This document shows positions 12,434-26,025 of a stretch of 64,000 nt of DNA, in pieces. The stretch is taken from positions 62,372,001 through 62,436,000 of the forward strand of contig OZ024743.1 in assembly GCA_964016885.1 (NCBI GenBank), in the 5' to 3' direction. The notes beneath the pieces were generated by a model, which saw only the letters and a list, made by a program, of their open reading frames with translations, was not told where the DNA came from and did no database searches. Position 1 is the stretch's first letter. Each line of letters opens with the position of its first letter. The DNA comes from Eledone cirrhosa. Lineage: Eukaryota. A program made the translations under genes and the position numbers.

Positions 12434-13089
12434 CTCTAGGCGTATAACGACTTTCACTGTGATACGCCTAGAGCAATGTGATAGCCTAATCTATAGATGT
12501 GTAATCAAACCTGATCAGTTTTTACGAATATTTGACCGTAGAGTATATTTTTTTAGATCTGACAAGTCTGCGTACAATTAGATATACCAGTAAACACAGT
12601 TCATCTGACATTTATAGTCCATTTCTTTATTTTCCTACACAGCCAGATCTGCCCTTCTTTATCCCCCCCCCACACACACACACACACTTTTTTTTTCATT
12701 ATTTATATAATTAATTATGAAAACTTAATAAATAATTTAATTTCTATAATAAACATCAACCAAAGAAAATCAAAAACTATATGTTAATTTTCTTAATGCT
12801 GCATCTCTCTTCATGCTTTTGCAGAGATACGTTTTCCACGAAGATTACAATTGTGTCAATAACTTTTTTAACGAATTCTTTTTTGTTAATAAAATTATAT
12901 ATAGTTCAGTTCGTTAATCTTTATTTATTAAATACAATACTTTCGATTTGTGTTTGCAGTAGGTTAGACGTAAACTCGGAAATACCTTATTTTATGTTGA
13001 CAATATTATAGATTTGCTACAGGAACGTAAATGTCATTTCTACAATTATGAATTGCAAAAAAAAAAAAAAAAATTACTACTATTTAATA

Positions 13090-13940
13090 GGGCGGTGGAT
13101 TGGCAGAATCGGTAGAGCGTTGGACAAGCTTAGCGGCATAGAGTTATGGCTCTTTGCGTTCTGACTTAAAATCCCGCCGATGTTAGCTTTGGCTTTCATC
13201 CTTATGGGGTCGATAAAATAAAGTACCAGTAATGAACTGGTTCGATTTAATCGACTTTCCCCTCCCCCAAATTACGAGCCTTGTGCCTATACTAGAAATT
13301 ATGGCAGTATCGGTAGTGTCGGACGCCATGCTTTGACACATAGAGTTACGACCCTTGCCATTCTGAGTTCAAATCCCGCCGAGGTTAACTTTGCCTTTCA
13401 TCCTTACTGGGTCGATAAAATAAAGTACCAGTAATGCACTTGTGCCAAAAGTAGAAACAATTATTATGTAGGCGCAGGCATGGCTACATGGTTAAGGAGT
13501 TCGCTCTGCAACCACAATTTTGGTCTTGTGCCTATAGTAGAAGGATTGGCAGTATCGGTAGAGGGTCGGACGCCATGCTTTCCAGCATAGTTACGTCACT
13601 TTACGGTCTGAGCTCAAATCCCGCCGAGGTTAACTTTGCCTTTCGTCCTTACGGGGTCGATAAAATAAAGTACCAGTAATGTACTGGGTAATTGCTGGCC
13701 TTGTGCCAAAAGTGGAAACAATTATTAATAATAATAATAGTTTTTGATTTAGGCACAAGGCCAGCAATTTGGAGGAGGGGAAGTCGATTAAATCGATCCC
13801 AGTGTATTTATTTTATGGACCCCGTAAGGATGAAAGACAAAGCTAACCTCGGCGGGATTTGAACTCAGAAGGTAAAGGGCCGTAAGTCTATACTGCAAAG
13901 TATCTTGTCCGACGCTCTACCGATACTGACAATCCAATAA
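13090..13940. mobile_element. Cluster of four SINE A copies (three +, one -)
   Basis: Copies at about 13092-13300, 13302-13465 and 13543-13735 (+), and 13745-13935 (-). Confidence 0.85.
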
Positions 13941-14044
13941 TAATAATAGTTTTCTTTTTAAAATTTCATCAACATTATCATAATTTATATCGTAAACTGT
14001 GTAGTTCGTCAAAATTTCAAAAAAGAGTATGTATTATTAAGAAG

Positions 14045-14200
14045 GTTATAAGGAAACAAAGTCTTGTGGGTTGGACACTAAACTAGTTCCTGTCATCGTT
14101 GGTGGCTTGCCTTACTAAGGTGTCAGGTGAGGCCTGTGAGGGTGCCTGGTTATTTTAGCGTCTTAGCCTCGCCATCACCCGCGGTAATGCTGCTTATTTG
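14045..14200 (+). mobile_element. 3' fragment of a CRE-like non-LTR retrotransposon
   Basis: Translates to GAWLF*RLSLAITRGNAA, matching the end of the 35670-36100 fragment (WLMERVSLAILYGNA). Confidence 0.55.
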
Positions 14201-14473
14201 TTTTTCTTTCCCTCGCTTTGATCGTATATTTTGGTATGTCGCATTTGTGAGGTTCCTTCCTAGCAATAGTTAATTGTATTTATTAGATGTGTTTATATTT
14301 GTATTTATATTTTCATTCTGAAAGAATTGTGAACAATGTGTAATGTTTTTTTATACAACTGTGAATAAAATTATTTTTGTACAGCTTGTTATCGTAACAA
14401 AGTTTGGTGTGAGTTGCTTTTTTCTGTTTTGTTTGTTTTGAATCGCTACTAATGCTATTTGGGTCGTTTCTAG

Positions 14474-14616
14474 ATTGTGATCACGGTTACTTTGGACCAA
14501 GCTGCCATTACACCTGTAGTAACTGTGTGAACGGAGGACAGTGCAATGAAGACAGAAATGGTTGTGTCTGTAAACCTGGATTCCAAGGAATTCTTTGCAA
14601 CAGTACATGCCGACAG
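14474..14616 (+). CDS. MEGF6: MEGF6-like exon, first laminin-type EGF repeat (DCDHGYFGPSCHYTCSNCVNGGQC...CNSTCRQ)
   Basis: ttctAG acceptor, CAG|gtgtgt donor, 143 nt, phase 1-0. Cys spacing resembles the first post-linker repeat of vertebrate MEGF6 (from recall). Confidence 0.9.
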
Positions 14617-14884
14617 GTGTGTTTACCTAAAAAAAATATTTTTTTTAATTCTCCTATGATACCATACTGTTTCTATTAACATTTTCTCTTTGATGTGTTG
14701 TTGTTCTTGTTCCTATTGTTGCTGTTGTTTTTGTTTAAATTTTTGTTGCTATTCCTCTTTTTGTTCTTGTTGCCATTGCGGTTTTTGTTGTTTTGCCACT
14801 ACATTTGTGGTTGTTTAGACGGAAGTCAATCCCTAATCCAGTGGACAGGCACCATCCCGTCTTTTATTTTAACATAGAGCATTT

Positions 14885-16310
14885 AACTGATGGAATCCTG
14901 TGTCAGAGAAACATTTTGGAACTTCTGGAACTCTCAGTCTTATCCGGCCCTCACAATTTGGATTTATCCCTAACCCCAGCTGCTGTGATCAACTTATCGA
15001 GTTTCTTGAGGACATCACCCAGATCACTGATGGCGGCTCATGGGTGGATGTTGTTTACCTTGACTTTGCTAAAGCTTTCAACTCTGTGCCACACAAAAGA
15101 CTTATGGCAAAACTCTCTGCAATGGGTGTGAAGGATGATCTTTTTAACTGGTTGAAGTCCTTCATTCTCAATCGAAGAGAGGTAGTAACGGTTCTAGGAC
15201 AGCATTCCTCACCGTATGAGATGCCATCTGGTGTACCACAGGGATCTGTCTTGGTCCCCTTTTGTTTGTGGCATATATTAATGACATAGATGCCAACTTA
15301 AAGAATGCCACAGTACTGAAATATTCAGATGACATCAAGGTGTACTTTGAGATAAAAAGGACAGATCCTGAACTCTATAGATCTTGCCTGCAATCAGACC
15401 TGGACACAATGCAGCAATGGATCACAGACAAGCAACTCAAGTTGGCTGTGGACAAGTGTACAACCATGCATTTTGGGAGTAAAAACCCAGCGTCCACATA
15501 CTCCCTCCACAACACTAATATCAAGAAGTCTTCTTGTGAACATGACCTGGGCATTACTGTCAGCAGCAATTTGCGTTAGACGAAGCACATCTCTAAAATT
15601 GTCAAGAAGGCCAAGGGTTAGCATCTTAGCATCACTCAGCAAGACCTTTGTCAGCCGCTCTCCAGCTACCTATTTAAAGCTGTATATAGCTATGGTGCAG
15701 CCACACTTAGAATTTGCATCACTAATCTGCAACTCCTATCTTGCTCAGAACATTGACTGCCTGAAAACTGTTCAGAGACGTGCAGCCAAGCAAACACCCT
15801 CCATCAGGCATCTACCATACTCTGAACACCTTGCTTCCCTGGGCATGGATACATTGAAGCTCCGACGTCTGGCAACTGACTTGGTAAACACCCACAAAAT
15901 GATTAACCATCTTGCCAACAACAACCCTGAGCACTTTTTTGATTTCCATGTGTCTAACACACATGGGCATCCCTACAAAGTCAGAAAACAGCACAGCTCC
16001 CATGACTTTCGGAAACATTTTTTCACGTTCAGAGTTACTGAAGCATGGAGCAAACTACCTGCATCAGTTGTTAGCTGTCGAGACACTGCATCCTTTAAAA
16101 CCTCTATGCTTCCTGAAATTCGCCAACACTACACCTGATATCCCTGCCTCCATACACACACACACATGTATTTCATGACTCTTACACTGTTCATTTTCCT
16201 GACATTTGAACATTTTTCTGTGTACTATACATGCACCTTTGATGAGTTGTAGTGCACCTGAACACTGTACACAATAATTTCATTGTTATTATTATCATTA
16301 TTATTATTAT
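14885..16310 (+). mobile_element. 5'-truncated CR1/L2-like LINE, same family as 2743-4590, opposite orientation
   Basis: QFGFIP, VYLDFAKAFNSVPH, GVPQGSVL and KYSDD motifs; same 3' UTR and (ATT)n tail. Confidence 0.9.
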
Positions 16311-16450
16311 GGAGGCACATGGCTTAGTGGCTAGAGCATTGGCCTTGCAATCGAAAGGTTGTGAGTTCAATTCTCAGACCGGGTGATGTGTTGTTTCCTT
16401 GAGCAAGGCACTTTATTTCACATTGTTTCAGTTTACTCAGCTGTAGAAAT
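16311..16450 (+). mobile_element. SINE family B (tRNA-like head with CCTTGAGCAAG.CACTT core)
   Basis: TGGCTTAGTGGCTAGAGC A box and GAGTTCAATTC B box. Relatives near 22430(-), 23450(-), 26600(-), 40700(-), 52950, 58470(-) and 61130. Confidence 0.75.
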
Positions 16451-18050
16451 GAGATGATAGGGACTGGGGTCCCTATCATTCCACTGCAAAGTGGATGTTT
16501 AGGTGCCACAGCAAAAAAGCACCCTTCCCACACTGCAAAGTGGACATGTAGGTGCCACGGAAAAAAGCATCCAGCACTCACTGTAAATGAGGTTGGTGTT
16601 AGGAAGGACATCCAGCTGTAGAAATCAAGCTAGAATCAGTTCCCGTCCCAACCTTGCAAACAGGGAAAAGCGGACGTAAAATGATGATGATGGTGATGAT
16701 TATCTAATGATTCCTTTCCTTTTTTAAGATGGTAGGGTGGAATTTAAGTGTGATTCAGCTGCTATTTCTAGCATGTAGAGTGACTACATGGAAGCTTCTT
16801 TCTTAATTAGAGTACCCCCTTAGCTAGGGCTTATTTGGAACTACAGTACTCTTGTTAGCTACATCATTCTTGTTATCTTGGTCTCCCTCATTATCTAGGG
16901 TTTCCTCCTTAGCTAGGGTTCTCCTGTTAACTCAGAGCCACTCATTCCGTCAGTCACCCTGAAGAATTATAGTAACCTAGGTTTTGAACTCTGAAATAAA
17001 GAATTGATATCACTGGCTGCTTTGTGTGACACTAAGACACCCTGCCCCAATTGCTGCAGGTCAAGACCTGAGAGTAAGTGGTAGCACATGTGACTAGAGA
17101 GTACCAGAAAGTTGCCATCCTTGCAATCCTGTTTATATAAAGGGCTTACATTGTTGTTTAACTCCAGGTCTGCTCAGATTGAGCATGCCTATAACTAAAG
17201 GTGTTCCAAAAGTGACCATTCTGTCTTTTTTTATTAATCTAGGATGTCAAATATATCCTTTTATTTTTAGTGTGCTTTTATAACATTTGGTTGCTACTTC
17301 CAGTAGGTCAAGCAACTGCATAAAGGTTCCTCTATTGCCTGAGGTGTTTATTGTAGGAGATGATGTAGAGGGTGAGAAATAATAAGGATGACAAGAGCAG
17401 GGGTATGGATGGTAATGGTACACTGTGACTGGTTGTTACAGTTTGAGTCTTTATTCAGAGTTACTACCCTAGACTGGTTGGCGGACATATTCTACTTGTA
17501 CGCTATATATTTTAGTGTGGATGCCCTTCTTAATACCAACCACTTTACAGTGTGTACTAGGTGTAATTTATTGTGACACCAACACTAGAAAAGTTAACTT
17601 GTTCCTGGCAAATCATGACTCATGTATTTCATGATTCATCACTTCTCTCTACATATATCCTCTCCATTATTTCTTTTTTCTTTTCTTCTTTTCACTCAAA
17701 CAGGTGAAGGGAAGGGAAGAGAGACTGATTGGATAGAGCTAGAGAGATATCTGCAAGATGATAGAAGGTGATGTTATGGGAAAAGAGGGATTGCTACTTT
17801 AAGGTTGTCTTGTAAGGAGATTGAATAGAAAAATAGTATCAGCAATAGAAAGACTAATGTAGACATTGTTTCCTTGGTCTGATCTAACAATTGATTCATT
17901 TCTTTTCCTAAATAGGAAGAACATAACCAAGAGACAGTTATATGAATATTTGTATAATGGAATATTATATAAGGTTTCTTTGAAATATGTAGAATATGAA
18001 TCTTAACTATATTTTCAACCCAATTCATTTTCAAATTCTTCTTTTCTCAG

Positions 18051-18383
18051 GGTACATTTGGCATTGACTGTAATAGTCTATGTACATGTCAAAATGGAGG
18101 TACTTGCAACCCTGAGACAGGTACATGTACATGTCCACCTGGTATAAAAGGTGTGAGCTGTGAAATTGGTTGCTCACCTGGTTACTATGGTGAGAACTGT
18201 GACAAAAGGTGTCCTCAGCAATGTCCAGAAGGTTACTGTAACCGTATGTTAGGTAACTGTGAATGTGAACTGGGCATGTTCGGTCCTTCATGTAACCGCA
18301 AGTGTCCAGATTTCTCATGGGGACGAAACTGTATGCACGAATGCTCCTGTAACCGTAAATATAGTTCAGAATGTGATCCAACA
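18051..18383 (+). CDS. MEGF6: MEGF6-like exon, EGF repeats (GTFGIDCNSLCTCQNGGTC...SECDPT)
   Basis: cttttctcAG acceptor, ACA|gtaagt donor, 333 nt open, phase 0-0. Confidence 0.93.
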
Positions 18384-19379
18384 GTAAGTACAATCCTTTG
18401 ATTAATTCATTTATTTAATTTGATCTTGTCATTATTTCTATTTAACAATGATCAACCGTAGTAATATAACATGTGTTTTTGTATATGTATTTATTTAAAT
18501 ATACCTGTCTGTAACTTTTTTTAAATTTCCACATGGAAACACATACACACATTTACTATTTCAGTGATTTAGCTACAATAAGAAATTCACTTTCCAATCA
18601 CAAAGTCCTAGGTTCTAATCCTACATTTGTTCCTTTAAATAATAATTTCTCTAATGTCGCACATATATTCTATCCTGTGTGTCATTTATGTAATTATATC
18701 TTAGAAATAAGTTATTAAAATATTCTTATCTTTAATAACTTCCATGTTTCAGTAATCAACTTAAACTATAAGGTTTCTCTTATGCAAACTACTCAGTTTG
18801 TATGAGTGTCCATATATCCAGTAATCCTGGTATATATGGCATTTCATACCTGTACTAAAAAATTATATGGCAAAAATTGATGGCACTGGTTCACTTTCAC
18901 TACTTACTAAATATACATTCCGAACTGAATTCGTTTTACAGACATCGATCATATAGAACACTGAAATATTACAAACCCATTAATTTCCCTATTAAATAAA
19001 CTTCCTCATACACAGCACTAAGTCTTGCACACATTTTACTCTTTGACATTTTTAAAGGGATTTTTGTCCACTATAACCACTCCAGTATATATTTTATTGA
19101 TCAGTTTTTTTTGTCAACCCACTTATTTTGGGGACAGACACAAACACAAATACAGGCACTGATGCACAACATACACATATATGACAGGCTTTTGCAGTTT
19201 CTGTCTACCAAATTACACGTAAAAAGCATTGATCCACCCAGGGCTGTAGTAAAAGACACCTAAGGTGCCATACTGTGGGACCATTTGGTTGCAAAGTGAA
19301 CCCTTTAACCACACAGCTATTATTTACAATTTGATTATTAATTCTCGTAAGTATTTTATGTATTATTATTATTTGAGCT

Positions 19380-19992
19380 TTGTAGAAACAGTAGACAGCT
19401 TGTGCTACCTAGGTGCCCGAATTAGCAGCGGAGGTGGGTGTTCTGAAAGTACAGTAACCAGGGTAAGAATGGGATGGAAGAGGTTCAGGGAGCTACTACC
19501 ACTGCCAGCTGCAAAAGGCTTTTCCCTCAAAATGAAAGGCAGACTGTATGATGCGTGCTTACAAACAACAATGTTGCATGGTAGTAAGACTTGGGAATTG
19601 TGTGCAGAAGACTTATGCAGATTAGAAAGAAATAAAGCTTGCATGCTCCGATGGATGTATAATAGTAATATACACGAATGGCAAAGCGTAAATAAATTGA
19701 GAGAGAGACTAAGCATTAAAGGAATCAAATGCTGTGTGCAGGAGAAGAGATTACACGACAAAAAAGCACCCGGTCCACACTGTAAAGTGGTCGTGTAGGC
19801 GCCACAGCAAAAAGCACCTAGTACTCACTGTAAATGAGGTTGGTGTTAGGAAGGGCATCCAGCTGTTGAAAGCAAGCCAAAATCAGTTCTGTATAAGCAA
19901 GACATGGTCACCCAACCTAGCATTGCCCACAACAGGACAACCCGTCTAACCCATGCTAGCGTGGAAGAATGGACATAAAATGGTGATGATGA
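19380..19992 (+). mobile_element. RTE LINE 3' fragment with 3' UTR and (ATG)n tail
   Basis: VDSLCYLG...KGRLYDAC...MLHGSKTW...LRWM; homologous to the 3' part of 31436-34490. Confidence 0.85.
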
Positions 19993-20704
19993 CTTATATT
20001 TATATGTATTTCAATACCTTATATGTACTAAGTTAAAAGGTGATCATCATTTGCAGTAGCAGCAGCTAACATCTATTTCTCTCTGCTAGTAAGAGTTGGA
20101 TGGGTCCAATTGGTTTCAAATATATTTGCCTATTTTTTCCATATATATATATTTTTAAAAAGTTGAATATGCTAGTTTTTGTGTTAACTAAAATGTTTTT
20201 AAATGCTGCTTTATAATATGTTATAAGTGTGTATGTGACAATATAAGTTAATGCATACATAACTCTTATACAAAGTAGTTGAAACAATGAAAACCAATAT
20301 TGTGTTACTCTATTCAATACTACTACTACTACTACTAAAGAAAGGAAATAAACTGATTGTCAATGTTTCCGTTGGTCTTTTCATTACTGATACTATCTAG
20401 TTGCAATACCTAGTAGAAGAAGCTGTGTGAAATAATATATATTGCTTAAGATCACAACTCACTTCCCAGTCAAGGAATTTAACTCATGACCTTATGATTT
20501 TAATCATGACCTTATGATTGGGAGTCCAAAACCTTAAGCACTAGGCCACATCCCTTCACTACTCCTACTACTACAACTACCTATGATAACTATTACAGCA
20601 TATATTACAACCAACAGAATACCTCTACAACAGCAATCACAACCAATAATTATAACATAACCACAATAACTATAGTCACAAACATTTTCAAAATATCAAT
20701 ATTT

Positions 20705-20952
20705 GTGGTTAGGAAAATTTGAACAATATAAGTTAAAACTACCAGAGTGAAAACTAGAGTAGAGTAAAATAAGAAAAACAAAACAGTAGTTTACATTTTT
20801 TTGTCATATATTTCATGATATTTCAGGGTTAGGACCACTTTTTCAAGAAATTGATGATGAGGTTAAGTGAAGCAGCTTTTATTTTACTCTAGTTTTCACT
20901 CTTTTATTTCTAACTTACATTGTACCATCTTTCCGAAAACAACCATGACCAC
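20705..20952. mobile_element. Long-TIR MITE (family also at about 39810-39932 and 60172-60478)
   Basis: GTGAAAACTAGAGT / ACTCTAGTTTTCAC inverted core and a shared ..CCNAAA.CAA.CAT.RCCA terminus. Confidence 0.6.
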
Positions 20953-21003
20953 ATAATTCACAATGCTTCATATTATCAATATGTTTCCTCTTCCATTATA
21001 CAG

Positions 21004-21190
21004 AATGGTAAATGTATATGTCTTGCTGGATACCATGGAAGTAGTTGTCACCATAGATGTCCACAAAACAGATATGGCATTAAATGCCAATCAACATGTA
21101 ACTGTCCCAAAGACACAACTTGTGACCATGTTAGTGGGAAATGTAATTGGAATTGTCCTGCAGGTCGTACAGGCTACAGGTGTCAGGATG
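21004..21190 (+). CDS. MEGF6: MEGF6-like exon (NGKCICLAG...SGKCNWNCPAGRTGYRCQD)
   Basis: acAG acceptor, G|gtgagt donor, 187 nt, phase 0-1. The irregular GKCxxxCPAG spacing is also recalled for vertebrate MEGF6. Confidence 0.92.
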
Positions 21191-22914
21191 GTGAGTTTCA
21201 TTTTTTCTCTTTAATTAATGTTGTTGTTAATCTTCCTAGTCTACAACATTGTTAGACTATACCTGTTTTTAGTGTTTTTTGTTGTTTTTCTGTTTGAATT
21301 TTTGGAGACTAGAATTTTTTCAACACGCTGATATGTGTGTATGTGTGTGTCTGTCTGTGTATATGTGTGTGTGTCTGTGTATGTGTGTGTGTGTCTGTCT
21401 GTGTATGTGTGTGTGTGTCTGTCTGTGTATGTGCATATGCATACATTTATATATATGAGTATATAAATATAAACACAAACACACTTACAAAAATACACAC
21501 TGACAGACATTCATTCACACAAACACACACATACACTCACACACAGCATAGCAAATGGAACGCCATCTGCTGTTTTGCTATAGTTTTTTCACTATTTCAT
21601 TATTCCCCTTCCTTCCTTTTACACACGCATACATTCCTACAAACACACACATTGTGTTACGGATGGACGGAAGTCACGCAAACTTATATATAGATAAGGA
21701 TTTCCCATTATTACACTCTGATAAAGGCTGGTGGGTTTAGAATTATTAAAGCATCAGACAAAATGCTTTGCAGAATTTGGCTCTTTAAGTTCTGAGTTCA
21801 AATCTTGCCAATATCAACTTTGCCTTTCATCCTTCTAGAATAGGGATAATCTACCTGTCAGTCAATTTAATCAACTTTCCTCTTCCCTAGAAATGCTGAC
21901 TTTATTCCTAAATTAGAAATCATTATTATACATTGATCTATTCAAACTGACGACCTCACCTTAGTTGTTATAATCACAACATTTCAATCATGGTGTTGCC
22001 CACAAGTCTTTTGCAGGAGCCTGTTGTATAACATATAACATTACATATGACATTTTGTGGCAAAACCCTACACATAACATATGGCAATCTCTTGTAATAA
22101 TCTCACATATATAACATATGATATTACATATGACTATCTCTTGTGGCAACCTTCTATACATCACTTGTTGAAATCTCATATATAATATCTTATGGTGACA
22201 TCACATATCATATGTTGTGGTAAAGGGTAAAGAGTAAGGACCCCCTTCGGTCACGAATGACCATGGGATTTGCACCTAGAAAGTTCCCCTCCTAGGCACC
22301 AGTCTAGACAAGGTTTATGAAAGACCAGTAGTCACCCTATGCATACCAGCCTCCCCTCTCCACACCACCGATGTTGTCCAAGGGAAAGGCAAAGGCTGAT
22401 ACAGCCTGGCACCAGTGACGTTGCAACAGATTTCTACAGCTGAGTAAACTGGAGCAACGTGAAATAAAGTCTCTTGTTCAAGAACACAGCACAATGCAAA
22501 GCCCAGCCCGAGAATTGAACTCATGCCCTAACCACTTCATACACTTGTATTATAAATATAATATTCAAGCAGTTTCAATTACAGACCCAATCCAACAACA
22601 CATCATCCGGTCCAAGAATCAGCTTCACGATAGACTATATCCTAAATGTGATATATTTTTATCCTTTGGGTTTGCTAAAATAAAGAACCTGTCCATGACA
22701 GTGGATTATTGCGATTGTTAGATCATTAGTAGTTGTTCTAATTGTTTGCACTCTTTAGTTCTTGGGGGCCAGATTTCAGAATAACTTCCTTCCTTTGCCC
22801 ACCCTTCTCTTGGAGGGATTGAAACAATGACATGCATGCTGCCTTTCTCTCCTTAAATGAAACAGAGGAAAAAATAAGCCTAACGTCTCACCTCCCTTCC
22901 TTTCTATTTTACAG

Positions 22915-23040
22915 TATGTGAACGAGGAAAATATAGCAGAAACTGTGAAAAACATTGTGAATGTGGTAACAGTGGCTGCAATCCTGAGACAGGTACATGT
23001 CTCTGTGAAGCTGGACACCATGGTAGACATTGTCTGAAAG
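22915..23040 (+). CDS. MEGF6: MEGF6-like EGF exon (VCERGKYSRNCEKHCECGNSGC...HCLK)
   Basis: ttttacAG acceptor, AAG|gtatgt donor, 126 nt, phase 1-1, 8 Cys. Confidence 0.9.
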
Positions 23041-24029
23041 GTATGTACACTAGTAACATTCTCAGGAGTAATAACGAATATTCACTCTAACTCTGGTTTT
23101 CTTTCCATTAATCACTTTGACCAGTAAATGATGTGCAGTTGTTGATACAGTGAGTTCAATACCTGATATTAACTACCTCCTTGGGACTGTCGTTTCATTT
23201 TATTTATGTAATTTTCCATGCTGGCATGGGTCACATTCTGATATTTGGCCGGTGAGATGATTACGCCTTGCTCATACATTTTATATTGGCATGGTCTCTA
23301 CAACTGTGTATCTTCGTCTACCAAAACAACAATAGGATTTATTACTCATGAAACACATGGACATTCATGAAACACATAGAGGCAAAGCTTTATAGCATTT
23401 ACACCCATATTTTTAATATCTCTGAGGAGGAGTCTCCGTGAGTTCTGACTATGAGTGTCCCAGTTGATTTATCAATCAAACAGCCTACTTGTGAAATTAA
23501 GATACAAGTAACTGAGCATTCCACAGACACATGTACTATTAATTTAATTCTCAGGGAGATTCAGCTTGACATACTGTGTGACAAGGCTGGCCCATAGAAT
23601 TACAGGTACAACCTATTTTTGTCAGCTGAATGGACAGGCACAACATGACATAAAGTGTCTTGCTCAAGGACACAATGCACCAACAGGAATCAAACTTATG
23701 ATCCTACAATTTTGAGCCCCAAACCCTAGTCATTAAGTCACATACCTCCCAGAAGGAGTATCTGACTAATCAAAGACTGTATATTAATCTTTATACAATC
23801 ACTGTTGACATCAGTGAGAGATGAATGGCTTTTATAGGATATTGCTGGAGAACTAAGCAAGAACTAATTGGTGATATACTCCCATGGACACCACAAGACC
23901 ATTTATTTTCCATGTTAGCATCAGTTGGGTGGATCATCATGTTTTGTTATTAAACGAGTCTTATGACCACGACTGCTTCATAGGTTTCATTTTGGCATGG
24001 CTTCTATGGCGGATGCCCTTCTGAATGTT

Positions 24030-25662
24030 AACCATGTTACATTGTGGGCTGGGTGCATATTATTCGAGCACCAGCACTACCACTTTACAGAGTGAACTGG
24101 GTGCATAATATTGTGGCATTAGTGCTACCACTTTACAGAGTGAACTGGATATATATCATTGTGGTACCAGCACTACCACTTTACATAGTGGGCTGGCTGC
24201 ATCTTATTGGGCACCAGTGCTACCACTTTACAGAGTGGACTGGGTGCATATCATTGTGGTACCAGCACTACCACTTTACATAGTGGGCTGGCTGCATCTT
24301 ATTGGGCACCAGTGCTACCACTTTACAGAGTGGACTGGGTGCATATTATTGTGGCATTAGTGCTACCACTTTACAGAGTGGGATGGGTGTTTATTATTGT
24401 GGCACCAGCATTACCACTTTACAGAGTGAACTGGGTATATATCATTGTGGTACCAGCACTACCACTTTACATAGTGGGCTGGCTGCATCTTATTGGGCAC
24501 CAGTGCTACCACTTTACAGAGTGAACTGGGTGCATATTATTGTGGCACCAGCATACCACTTTACAGAGTGAACTGGGTATATATCATTGTGGTACCAGTG
24601 CTACCACTTTACATAGTGGGCTGGCTGCATCTTATTGGGCACCAGTGCTACCACTTTACAGAGTGGACTGGGTGCATATTATTGTGGCATTAGTGCTACC
24701 ACTTTACAGAGTGGGCTGGGTGTATATTATTGTGGCACCAGCATACCACTTTACAGAGTGAACTGGGTATATATCATTGTGGTACCAGCACTACCACTTT
24801 ACATAGTGGGCTGGCTGCATCTTATTGGGCACCAGTGCTACCACTTTACAGAGTGGACTGGGTGCATATTATTGTGGCATTAGTGCTACCACTTTACAGA
24901 GTGGGCTGGGTGTATATTATTGTGGCACCAGCATACCACTTTACAGAGTGAACTGGGTATATATCATTGTGGTACCAGCACTACCACTTTACATAGTGGG
25001 CTGGCTGCATCTTATTGGGCACCAGTGCTACCACTTTACAGAGTGGACTGGGTGCATATTATTGTGGCACCAGCATACCACTTTACAGAGTGAACTGGGT
25101 ATATATCATTGTGGTACCAGTGCTACCACTTTACATAGTGGGCTGGCTGCATCTTATTGGGCACCAGTGCTACCACTTTACAGAGTGGACTGGGTGCATA
25201 TTATTGTGGCACCAGCATACCACTTTACACAGTGAACTGGGTATATATCATTGTGGTACCAGCACTACCACTTTACATAGTGGGCTGGCTGCATCTTATT
25301 GGGCACCAGTGCTACCACTTTACAGAGTGGACTGGGTGCATATTATTGTGGCACCAGTGCTACCACTTTACAGAGTGGACTGGGTATATATCATTGTGGT
25401 ACCAGTGCTACCACTTTACATAGTGGGCTGGCTGCATCTTATTGGGCACCAGTGCTACCACTTTACAGAGTGGACTGGGTGCATATTATTGTGGCACCAG
25501 TGCTACCACTTTACAGAGTGGACTGGGTGTATATTATTGTGGCACCAGTGCTACCACTTTACATAGTGGGCTGGCTGCATCTTATTGGGCACCAGTGCTA
25601 CCACTTTACAGAGTGGACTGGGTGCATATTATTGTGGCACCAGTGCTACCACTTTACAGAGT
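24030..25662. repeat. About 47-48-bp minisatellite with higher-order periodicity, derived from an RTE 3' UTR repeat
   Basis: Unit ccactttacagagtggactgggtgcatattattgtggcaccagtgcta; preceded by GGATGCCCTTC, as in minus-strand RTE 3' UTRs. Confidence 0.9.
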
Positions 25663-25896
25663 GTGATAGATGCAAGAGGAAAGGGCATATTGTGAGGGGC
25701 AGGACCTAAATATTGATATACCTGTCAGTTTCTACATTATGATTATCTGCATGGAGGGGTAGGTCTTTTATAGTATGGCAATGTAGTAATGCTGTTATTT
25801 AACTATGAGTAACTTGTTGGTTACATCTCATCACATTTTCTTTAAGATTGTTCTTTATGTGAATGTTCTCTGATTTTAAATTTTCCATTCTTATAG

Positions 25897-26025
25897 AATG
25901 CAAGCCTGGCCGATGGGGTATAAACTGCCTTAATGTATGTGAATGTCAAAATAGTGCTACATGTGATCCAGCTACTGGAGAGTGTATATGTCAACCTGGG
26001 TGGTTTGGTCTCATGTGTGAACAAG
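25897..26025 (+). CDS. MEGF6: MEGF6-like EGF exon (ECKPGRWGINC...MCEQ)
   Basis: ttatAG / gtaagg, 129 nt, phase 1-1. Confidence 0.92.

Noticed and set aside
24044-25709. Many overlapping repetitive ORFs (MGTSATTLQSG..., WVHIIVAP...) or a CRISPR-like array
   Set aside because: These are translations of a tandem minisatellite. There are no unique spacers, no cas genes, and the context is eukaryotic.
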